This document shows, piece by piece, positions 16,152 to 23,654 of a DNA stretch of 23,654 nt (positions are counted from its first letter, which is position 1; each line of letters starts with the position of its first letter). The position numbers and the translations under genes were made by a program. This DNA is from Simkaniaceae bacterium (lineage in GTDB: Bacteria > Chlamydiota > Chlamydiia > Chlamydiales > JAJFMI01): contig JBBDIZ010000021.1 in NCBI GenBank assembly GCA_040880145.1, positions 1 to 23,654 of the forward strand, given 5' to 3'. The notes below the pieces were generated by a model, which saw only the letters and a program-made list of their open reading frames with translations, was not told where the DNA came from and searched no databases.

Positions 16152-17019
16152 CACTTTTACAGAGAAGAATTTTCAGGGCTGCTCCACATCGATAATCCTT
16201 GGAGCTGAAAAACTCAAAGATGACGAACTCTCCAAAATCGCAATGGAGCTTGGGACACATCGACTTGCTTTTACTTACCCAAGCGATAAAGGCGACCTTA
16301 GACTTCGCTTTTTTATAAAAGAAGGAAGCGAGGTCAAATTCTGCTCTTCCGGAGCTCTCGCTGCTCTAACAGTCTTTGGCGAGAGAGGGCTCTTAAACAT
16401 GAAAAAAGAGCAAAGCTACCCTGTAGACATCGAAACCCGCGCAGGACTTATTCCTCACACCCTCGATATGAGTAAAAAGCCCAGCTTTCTCATTGGATTT
16501 GATGTCCCTAACCTCAATATCGTCGACTGCCCTATCGACATTGCAAGGATTTCCGAAGAACTCTTTCTTTCGAAAGAACTCTTTGAAAAAGAGCTCAAGC
16601 CGCAATTTGAAACCTCAAGACGAATCCTCTTTCTTCCTGTAAAAAGCTTAGAATCCCTGGCCATGCTTGACTTTGATCCACGCCTTTGCCGATCTTTTAT
16701 TCGCGAATTAAACATCTACGTCCTTGCTTTTGTAAGCCTTGAAACCATTGACCCGGAGTCAAGCCTCCATGTCCGCTCCTTCTCTCCCTTAATTAGCGAC
16801 GAGGAAGAGCTTTTCGACGGCTCCCTTCATGGAGCACTAGGGGCCTATCTGCACCACAATAACAAAGACTTTAAAAACGAAAGCATCGTAACAGAACAAG
16901 GCGACTTCCTAGAGCGCCCAGGGCGAGCCATGATCCAGATTAAAAATTTCAAAACATCATTTACATCAGAGGTCAAGGGGTACGCAACTCCACTCTTTTC
17001 TACGGAACTCCCTCTATAG
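16120..17019 (+). CDS. PhzF-family (DAP-epimerase fold) protein with degenerate active-site motifs
   Basis: QIDTFT..F.G, IA.EL, LRLRFF...EV.FC, IET.AG.I, HVRSF.P and EQG.FLERPG follow the PhzF motif order. Confidence 0.8.
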   Translation: MKKKVALHQIDTFTEKNFQGCSTSIILGAEKLKDDELSKIAMELGTHRLAFTYPSDKGDLRLRFFIKEGSEVKFCSSGALAALTVFGERGLLNMKKEQSYPVDIETRAGLIPHTLDMSKKPSFLIGFDVPNLNIVDCPIDIARISEELFLSKELFEKELKPQFETSRRILFLPVKSLESLAMLDFDPRLCRSFIRELNIYVLAFVSLETIDPESSLHVRSFSPLISDEEELFDGSLHGALGAYLHHNNKDFKNESIVTEQGDFLERPGRAMIQIKNFKTSFTSEVKGYATPLFSTELPL

Positions 17020-17105
17020 ATTAATCATTTCTTTATACTTATGTCTAAAAACTGCAAGATTTTGTGATATCGGAGTAATTCCTTTTTTTGGTAGACTGCT
17101 GACCT

Positions 17106-17912
17106 ATGAAAAAAAGGATTTTTTTATTTCTTCTATCAGTTTTTTTACTGATTTTTTTCTCCATGGGTCATCTTTTCCTGATTCAGGAGAGAGAGCTTTT
17201 TCGCCACACTCCTTTATTGCCAAATTATACCTACTCTTTTGACACCCCATTTGAGGAATATTTCTTAGAAACGGCAAATCAAGGGAAGATTAATCTATTG
17301 CACTTTAGAGCCCCCAACCCAAAAGGTCTGATTCTTTATTATCATGGACGAGGAGGCAATCTTGCAAAGCCCTGGGGAAGAAGAGCTCAAGATTTTCTGC
17401 AGCATAACTATGATGTAATCATGATGGATTACCGAGGATTTGGAAAAAGTGAAGGTCCAAAATCCCATCAAAATATGCTAGCCGACGCCCTAGAATGTTA
17501 CGACTTTGGAAAAAAGCTGCTTAAAAAGGGCTCTTTTTATGTCTATGGATGCTCGCTGGGCTCTGGAGTTGCAACCTACGTCGCTTCAAAGCGGGATCCC
17601 AATATGTTGATCTTGGAATCCCCTTACTTTAACATGATCGATCTCGCCTGCAATGTGAAGCCCTACCTGCCTAATTTCTTAGCCAAAATTATTGTGCGCT
17701 ACCCCTTCTACACCGATCAGTGGATTCAAAAAGTTTCCTGTCCTCTTGTTCTCTTCCACACCGTGCAGGATAGACTCATCCCCTACGACAGCAGCGTTAG
17801 ACTCCTGAAGAATGCAAAAGGCCCTTCAAAGCTTCTCTCTATTGAAGAAGGCGGGCATTTTGATATCACAAAGACCAGTCAGTATAAAATTTTTTTAAAA
17901 AATATACTCTAA
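17106..17912 (+). CDS. Alpha/beta hydrolase (Bem46/ABHD13-like) with N-terminal membrane anchor
   Basis: YYHGRGGN, DYRGFGKSEG, nucleophile elbow YGCSLGSG, LILESP, H...D.LIP and GGH. Confidence 0.88.
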   Translation: MKKRIFLFLLSVFLLIFFSMGHLFLIQERELFRHTPLLPNYTYSFDTPFEEYFLETANQGKINLLHFRAPNPKGLILYYHGRGGNLAKPWGRRAQDFLQHNYDVIMMDYRGFGKSEGPKSHQNMLADALECYDFGKKLLKKGSFYVYGCSLGSGVATYVASKRDPNMLILESPYFNMIDLACNVKPYLPNFLAKIIVRYPFYTDQWIQKVSCPLVLFHTVQDRLIPYDSSVRLLKNAKGPSKLLSIEEGGHFDITKTSQYKIFLKNIL

Positions 17913-17919
17913 CCTTATT

Positions 17920-20586
17920 TTATTTCAACCACTCCTCTATAAGGTTCGCAACAAGCCCGCTCCATCCCGTCTGGTGGCTTGCCCCGAGCCCTCTGCCCGT
18001 CTCTCCATGATAATGCTCAAAGAAAAGGATGTGGTCTTTGAAATACTCATCGGTTTGAAAACGCGACCCCTCTCCATAAATCGGTCTTTCTCCCTTCTCA
18101 TTCCGCTTAAAAAGGTCGATCATTGAGATTGCAAATTTTCGCGCCATGTCATAGGGGCAGACCTCTCCCTCTTTTGTAGGAATTTTTTCTTTCTCTCCGA
18201 CTGCTTCATGCAACCTTTTAAGCGAATCGATTAAGAGAAAGGCGGTTGGAAACCAAACAGGACCGCGCCAGTTGGAGTTTCCTCCCTTTAGACGCGCTCT
18301 AGACTCTCCCGGCTCATATTCGACGCGGTGCCCAAGTAGCTCGTAAGGATTTTCGGCATGAAATTTTGAAAGCGATCGAAGGCCAAATGGGGAACGGAAC
18401 TCATCGGGGTCAAAGACGCGGCTTAAGACACGCTTGACTTTGCTAAGCTGAGTGAGTGCAAGTACATAACGTTTTTTCCCATCCACCTCAAGCTCCGTAA
18501 TGCAGCGGCTTGTAAGATCTTGTCGGTTTTTTAAAAACCAATGAAAATTCTGACGGAACTCAGGTGTTTTTTCAAGCTCTTCTTCTGTTAAAAAATCGAG
18601 AGCATAAAGTGGAATAATTCCAACTAAAGAGCGAACAAAAATTGATTCTTGATGCCCATCCGGGTAACTCAGCACGTCGTAGAAAAACCCATCTCTTTCA
18701 TTCCAGATTTGAACTTGCCGGTTTTCAGAATTTTCCATAGCGGCTGCGATATAGACGTAGTGCTCAAAAAACTTAGTCGCCATCACTTCATAGTCATTAT
18801 CTTTTTTTGAAAGCTCAATAGCAATTCTCATCAAAAGCAAACAAAACATTCCCATCCATCCCGTTCCATCCGATTGCTCCAATCGACCGCCACCTGGGAT
18901 TTCTTCGCTTCGATCGATCACCGTGATATTATCAAGGCCTAAAAAACCTCCCTCAAAGACATTATTTCCACTCGAGTCGATACGATTCACCCACCAGACA
19001 AAGTTTAAAACTAATTTATTAAAACATTTTTTCAGAAAGGACATGTCTCCTTTTCCTTTCTTTTCCTCTTCTATTTTATAAAGGCGCCAAGCGGCCCAGG
19101 CTTGCACGGGAGGGTTGAGGTCTGAAAACTCCCACTCGTAGGCAGGGATCTGGCCATTTGGATGTTGAAACTGATCAAAGAGAAGAAGCCAGAGCTGATC
19201 TTTTGCAAACTCAAGGTCAACTAAAGCTAAAGGCAGGGTCTGAAAAGCTAAATCCCACGCTGCAAACCAAGGGTATTCCCACTTGTCCGGCATCGATAGA
19301 ATTCGTTTCGAGATTAGATGCCGCCAGTGGATATTGCGCATAGAGCGCCGAGAGGTCGGAGGGGGATGGGAAGGGTCATCTCCGACCATCCAGCGATTCA
19401 CATCGAGCAAGTAGATCTGTTTACTCCAAAGCATTCCGGCAAGCGCCTGGCGCTGGATTGCCTTTTCTTCTTCTGAAGCACCTTTTGAATGCAATGTTTC
19501 ATAAAACTCGTCTGCCTCTTTTTTCTTTTGGGAAAAGAGTTCTTCAAGCCCTTCTAAAGGCTGAGTCAATTTTTGGTCGCTAAGGCGAAGATAAATTTTT
19601 TTAGAGCCTTTTTTAGCGACTGAAATCTCTTTGAAATGAAACGCTGCTTTCGTTCCAATCTTTTCCGGATTAATCGCTTCATTTTCTCCCTGACAAATGT
19701 AGCGATGAAAGGCATCTTTTGTAAAGGGCGATACGCTTTTTCCGCTGGAAAAGAGCTCCTCATTCGTCTCATTTTCAGTCATTAGGACTGAACTTCCTTT
19801 TTCAATGTAAAGATAGCGGCGATCGAGCTGATAGCGAAAATTTAAAAGAGGCAGAGGATCGCACCGACTATCATCTGCAATAAGAAGGTCAAAATCTTCT
19901 CCCCCCTCACCGACCTCGATTTGAGGTTTTTTGGAATCCTTTTTATAGCTCCAGGTATTGCGAAACCAAAGATGGGGTAAAAGGTGCAAAGAGGCTTCTT
20001 CATCACTGCGATTTTGTATCGTGACACAAACGGCAATATCCTCAGGTGTTATTTTTGCATACTCGATTTCGATATCAAAATAGCGATTATTATCTAAGAC
20101 TCCTGTATCGATTAACTCATACTCAAGCTCATCGAGACTCCGCTCCCCGTTCACCTTAAGAAGCTCTTGATATGGGAAGGCTTCAAAAGGGTATTTATAA
20201 AGATACTTCATATAACTATGGGTTGGAAGCGCATCGAGATAGTAGTAATACTCTTTGACATCTTCCCCATGGTTTCCCTGATTGGTATCGAGGCCAAAAA
20301 GACGCTCTTTTAAAAAAGGGTCTTTACCATTCCAAAAAGCGAAGCTTAAGCAGAGAATCTGGTAGCGATCTGAAAATCCTGCAATACCATCTTCTCCCCA
20401 TCTATAGGCTTTTATACGAGCCTTGTCATAGTTCAAATAGTTCCATGAGTCCCCATCTTCGCTATAGTCTTCTCGAACCGTTCCCCATGAGCGCTCTGAA
20501 ACATAAGGACCCCATTTGTGCCAAGGGGGAACCTCAGCGCTTTTATTCTCAATCAGCCGCTTTTCTTCTTTTGTCAATTTATCCAT
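17920..20586 (-). CDS. GH63-like (MGH1-like) glycoside hydrolase / glucosidase
   Basis: Motifs WGPYVSER.WGTVREDYS, YRWGEDG, GNHGEDVKE, SMPDKWEYPWFAAWDLAF, NPPV.AW, FEGGFLGLDNI, GGNSNWRGPVW and GLGASHQTGW. Confidence 0.92.
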   Translation of the reverse strand: MDKLTKEEKRLIENKSAEVPPWHKWGPYVSERSWGTVREDYSEDGDSWNYLNYDKARIKAYRWGEDGIAGFSDRYQILCLSFAFWNGKDPFLKERLFGLDTNQGNHGEDVKEYYYYLDALPTHSYMKYLYKYPFEAFPYQELLKVNGERSLDELEYELIDTGVLDNNRYFDIEIEYAKITPEDIAVCVTIQNRSDEEASLHLLPHLWFRNTWSYKKDSKKPQIEVGEGGEDFDLLIADDSRCDPLPLLNFRYQLDRRYLYIEKGSSVLMTENETNEELFSSGKSVSPFTKDAFHRYICQGENEAINPEKIGTKAAFHFKEISVAKKGSKKIYLRLSDQKLTQPLEGLEELFSQKKKEADEFYETLHSKGASEEEKAIQRQALAGMLWSKQIYLLDVNRWMVGDDPSHPPPTSRRSMRNIHWRHLISKRILSMPDKWEYPWFAAWDLAFQTLPLALVDLEFAKDQLWLLLFDQFQHPNGQIPAYEWEFSDLNPPVQAWAAWRLYKIEEEKKGKGDMSFLKKCFNKLVLNFVWWVNRIDSSGNNVFEGGFLGLDNITVIDRSEEIPGGGRLEQSDGTGWMGMFCLLLMRIAIELSKKDNDYEVMATKFFEHYVYIAAAMENSENRQVQIWNERDGFFYDVLSYPDGHQESIFVRSLVGIIPLYALDFLTEEELEKTPEFRQNFHWFLKNRQDLTSRCITELEVDGKKRYVLALTQLSKVKRVLSRVFDPDEFRSPFGLRSLSKFHAENPYELLGHRVEYEPGESRARLKGGNSNWRGPVWFPTAFLLIDSLKRLHEAVGEKEKIPTKEGEVCPYDMARKFAISMIDLFKRNEKGERPIYGEGSRFQTDEYFKDHILFFEHYHGETGRGLGASHQTGWSGLVANLIEEWLK

Positions 20587-20667
20587 GATCTCTCTTTAAA
20601 CTATTTCTTCCTTTTTTTACGTGAAGGAGTTAAAAAAAACAATGACGTTCATAATCGGAAGGTGAAA

Positions 20668-22170
20668 ATGGCTGACTACGATCTCATTATTATTGGCAGT
20701 GGTGCGGGTGGGGGAACACTCGCTTACAAATTAAAAGATTCAGGAATGAAAATTCTCATCATTGAAAGGGGGGATTATCTCCCTCGTGAAAAGGAAAATT
20801 GGGACCCGCACGCTCTATTTTTAGAGGAGCGTTATAACAATGCAGAAAAATGGTACGACAAAAAAGGGAACCCCTTCACACCCGGTACGCATTACTATGT
20901 CGGTGGAAACACAAAATTTTATGGAGCAGCTTTACTCCGTCTTAGAGAGCGCGATTTTGAAGAGGTGCAGCACTTTGGAGGGATCTCTCCTGCCTGGCCA
21001 TTAAAATATCGCGATTTTCAGCCTTACTACCTCGAAGCCGAGACGCTCTACAGTGTTCATGGACTCCGAGGAAGCGATCCCATTGAGCCTGAAGAATCGG
21101 CGCCCTACCCCTTCCCACCAGTCAGCCATGAGCCGCGCGTTCAAGAAATCGTCGACAATCTGAAGAAAAAGGACATCCATGTCTTTCACCTCCCCGTCGG
21201 AATACGGCTGCGAGAGGATAATCGCGAGAAAAGCTCTTGTATCCGCTGCGATACCTGCGATGGATTTCCCTGCCTTGTCGATGCGAAAGCCGATAGCCAC
21301 ACAACCTGCATTCGCGCGGCACTTCAAAGTCCTTCTGTCACTCTTTTGACTAAAACAAAAGCCTTAAAGCTCAATAAAGAAGGCAAGCGAATTGTCTCTG
21401 TCGATGTGGATTCTCCAGACGGACCAAAAACGCTTACAGCCGACCGTTTCGTGCTCTCTTGCGGCGCTATAAATACAGCCGCGCTCCTTTTACGCTCACA
21501 AAATCTCGCCAATCAATCCGACTGCGTCGGACGCCACTATATGTGTCATAATAATTCTGCTATCGTTGCCCTTTCTAAAAAGCGCAACCCTACAAAATTT
21601 CAAAAGACACTTGGAATCAATGATTATTACTATGGGGATGGAGAAGACTCGCATCCACTTGGACACATTCAACTTCTAGGCAAGGTTAAAAAAGAAATGT
21701 TAGCGGGCGACTCCCCTCCCTTTACGCCCAATTTTGCACTCGATGAACTTGCCGAGCATGCAATGGGCTGGTGGATCACATCTGAAGATCTTCCCGATCC
21801 GGAAAATCGCATAACCATTTCAAAAGAGGGAAAACTCAATCTCCTTTATACCCCCAATAATTTAGAAGCACACGATAAACTCTATGCCAAGCTAAAGGAA
21901 ATTCTCTCCCCGGACGAGCAAACACATATCTTTTCGAACTCGCTCTATCTTGCTAAAAAGATCCCTCTAGCAGGAGTTGCCCATCAAGTCGGAACCTGCC
22001 GTTTTGGAGAAGACCCAAAATCATCTGTCTTAGACCTGAACTGTAAAGCGCACGATTTAGAAAATCTCTACGTCGTCGACGGAAGCTTTTTTCCCTCCAT
22101 ATCGGGAGTGAACCCTGCATTAACGATTATCGCCAATGCATTAAGAGTAGGAGATCATTTAAAGCGATGA
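20668..22170 (+). CDS. GMC family FAD-dependent oxidoreductase
   Basis: YDLIIIGSGAGGG FAD motif, VGGNTKFYGA, C.RC..CDGFPC, AHQVGTCRFG, NLYVVDGSFFP and VNPALTIIANALRV. Start taken as the ATG at 20668 (GGAAGGTG upstream); the ORF-track extension to 20518 overlaps the GH63 gene. Confidence 0.92.
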   Translation: MADYDLIIIGSGAGGGTLAYKLKDSGMKILIIERGDYLPREKENWDPHALFLEERYNNAEKWYDKKGNPFTPGTHYYVGGNTKFYGAALLRLRERDFEEVQHFGGISPAWPLKYRDFQPYYLEAETLYSVHGLRGSDPIEPEESAPYPFPPVSHEPRVQEIVDNLKKKDIHVFHLPVGIRLREDNREKSSCIRCDTCDGFPCLVDAKADSHTTCIRAALQSPSVTLLTKTKALKLNKEGKRIVSVDVDSPDGPKTLTADRFVLSCGAINTAALLLRSQNLANQSDCVGRHYMCHNNSAIVALSKKRNPTKFQKTLGINDYYYGDGEDSHPLGHIQLLGKVKKEMLAGDSPPFTPNFALDELAEHAMGWWITSEDLPDPENRITISKEGKLNLLYTPNNLEAHDKLYAKLKEILSPDEQTHIFSNSLYLAKKIPLAGVAHQVGTCRFGEDPKSSVLDLNCKAHDLENLYVVDGSFFPSISGVNPALTIIANALRVGDHLKR

Positions 22171-23072
22171 AGCCACAAAAAGAAATAAAGAATTTAATAC
22201 TGCTTTTTTCCATAGCCCTTTGCTGGGGCCCCTCTTATTACTTCATTATGATTGCCTTAGAGTCATTCCCTCCTCTGACAATTGTAGCTTTTAGAGTCTT
22301 GCTTGGGGCAATCGTTTTATTCCTCGTCGTACTCTCCAGAGGAAGGCGGCTTCTCGACTACAAACATGCCTTTCCCCATTTTTTGATAATGGCACTTACC
22401 GCATGTGTTATTCCCTTTACCCTGGTCACTCTTTCGGAGACCATGATTTCCAGCTCTTTAGCAGCCATTGTCAATGCCTCAGTACCGATTTTTGTAGCTT
22501 TTATGGCGCATTTTTTAATCGATCAAGAACGCATGTCTTTGATGAAATGGATAGGAATTTTTTGTGGACTACTTGGGATTGGGCTTGTCTATGCGCCTAG
22601 CTTAATTGGAGACATGGACACAAAGAGCACAGGGATATTATTAGTGATCATTGCATCCCTTAGTTATGGGCTTGGAATGATCTATGGAAAGGTCTTTCTC
22701 TATGATATCCCAGGGCTTGTAGCACCAACCTGGCAACTCATTTTTTCATCGCTGATCATTCTCCCCTTCAGTCTGATCATAGACAAGCCCTGGCAACTTG
22801 GAATGCCCAGTTGGCTCTCTCTATTTGGCCTTATTTCATTAAGCCTAATCGGAACAGCCCTTGCATTTTATCTATACTATACGCTTCTAAACTCAGCAGG
22901 AGCGACCTACCTTTCGCTCGTCTCTTTTCTCTTTCCTATAGTCGGGATCAACTTAGGCGTGATCCTATTAAAAGAAAAGATCACCTGGAGTTCATTTGCA
23001 GGGTGTGGATTGATACTTCTTGGCCTGCTGATCACAACCTACAAAACCAGCAAGCAAAAGGAACTCTCTTAA
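22167..23072 (+). CDS. EamA/DMT family transporter
   Basis: Ten hydrophobic segments in two EamA repeats (WG.S, P.T...FR, SSLAAIVNA.VP, GT.LAF.LY, P.V...LG...L.E). ATGA overlap with the GMC gene suggests an operon. Confidence 0.9.
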   Translation: MKPQKEIKNLILLFSIALCWGPSYYFIMIALESFPPLTIVAFRVLLGAIVLFLVVLSRGRRLLDYKHAFPHFLIMALTACVIPFTLVTLSETMISSSLAAIVNASVPIFVAFMAHFLIDQERMSLMKWIGIFCGLLGIGLVYAPSLIGDMDTKSTGILLVIIASLSYGLGMIYGKVFLYDIPGLVAPTWQLIFSSLIILPFSLIIDKPWQLGMPSWLSLFGLISLSLIGTALAFYLYYTLLNSAGATYLSLVSFLFPIVGINLGVILLKEKITWSSFAGCGLILLGLLITTYKTSKQKELS

Positions 23073-23230
23073 TCGATTTTTTTAATTGCATCAAGAATAG
23101 GGTGTGTCACCACAATTAAGCTAACCAAATAGAATCCTTGTTTTAGAATTCTAACTTCTTTTCATTTTTTTCTTGTATTACATTAAAATAAGCATAGAGA
23201 AATTGGTTAAAAAGATAATGATTTTATCTT

Positions 23231-23311
23231 TATACCGAAACAACTTCAAGAATCGGTTTTGGGAGGCGCGAAAGCTTCCGAAAACCCAATTCTTGAAGTT
23301 GTTTCGGTATA
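23231..23311. mobile_element. ERIC-like palindromic MITE (TATAC...GTATA termini)
   Basis: Perfect 24-bp inverted repeat TTATACCGAAACAACTTCAAGAAT (23230-23253) / ATTCTTGAAGTTGTTTCGGTATAA (23289-23312). The stem continues inward imperfectly (GGTTTT.GGAGGC / GCTTCC.AAAACC). It is GC-richer than its flanks and lies between convergent genes. Confidence 0.75.
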
Positions 23312-23326
23312 ACCGTTATTCGGAAG

Positions 23327-23590
23327 TCATAAGTTACCATTGGAAGCTATACAACAGCAAAGCAGACACGGAGAACACAATAAAAAGATAAAAAGAGATA
23401 ATAAACTCATAGTGAGACCTAATAAACTTATAGTGAGAACTATTACCGAAGGTATAGCACAAATTGCTAAGAAAATTATCATTGGGGTTGACAAAGCAAA
23501 CGTACTAATTACAAAACCTATAATTGCAACTATGGCAATATCAATTACAACACCGGCTAGCAAAGTTGCTATTGAAGAACAACCAACCAA
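23327..23590 (-). CDS. Small very hydrophobic protein with Cys-rich C-terminus (Inc-like / CYSTM-like), hypothetical
   Basis: 87-aa ORF with TTG start and no clear RBS. It is nearly all hydrophobic, with a bilobed profile, and ends in LLCSPCLLCCC. It may be the fragment of a longer gene. Confidence 0.5.
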   Translation of the reverse strand: MVGCSSIATLLAGVVIDIAIVAIIGFVISTFALSTPMIIFLAICAIPSVIVLTISLLGLTMSLLSLFIFLLCSPCLLCCCIASNGNL

Positions 23591-23599
23591 GCATTGAGC

Positions 23600-23626
23600 G
23601 TAAGCCCTTAAAAAGTCATGGCAAAG
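23600..23626 (-). repeat. 27-bp repeat, copy 2 of the inverted pair (partner at 26-52)
   Basis: Its reverse complement is 26/27 identical to 26-52. Confidence 0.9.
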
Positions 23627-23654
23627 CCTTTACAGAAGATTTTTCTTATCAATA

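Noticed and set aside
20518..20667. N-terminal extensions given by the ORF track for GMC (20518), aroA (10568), DASS (5705) and SET (4344)
   Set aside because: They precede the family-typical N-terminus and mostly overlap neighbouring genes; downstream starts with better RBS or homology context were chosen.
23230..23326. Integron attC site after the small hydrophobic ORF
   Set aside because: No properly placed RYYYAAC...GTTRRRY core pair, the outer stem is perfect rather than having extrahelical bases, and there is no integrase in the window.
1..23654. CRISPR array, tRNA or rRNA genes
   Set aside because: I saw no regularly spaced direct repeats or cloverleaf/rRNA-like sequence; the intergenic gaps are short and otherwise explained.

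Overview
A 23.7 kb, gene-dense bacterial chromosomal window, most likely from an environmental (non-Chlamydiaceae) member of the Chlamydiae. This is inferred from the AroD-AroE fusion, a SET-domain protein, a DiT1-like DASS transporter and an ankyrin protein. The core is a shikimate-pathway cluster (aroDE divergent from aroB-aroA-aroK-aroC) next to a secreted AroQ-gamma chorismate mutase homologue. It is flanked by genes for an aconitase, DASS/MFS/EamA transporters, a YejM-like sulfatase-family membrane protein, a degenerate PhzF-family protein, an alpha/beta hydrolase, a GH63-like glycosidase and a GMC oxidoreductase. The most striking feature is non-coding: a 262-bp protein-less IS200/IS605 element (7381-7642) that keeps both TnpA end hairpins and a TnpB omegaRNA-like scaffold. 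It is inserted inside the -10 box of the chorismate mutase promoter, so precise excision would rebuild a perfect TTGACA-N17-TATAAT promoter. There is also an ERIC-like 81-bp palindromic MITE (23231-23311) and a 27-bp inverted repeat bracketing almost the whole window (26-52 / 23600-23626). All calls come from reading the sequence and recalling motifs; no searches were run.
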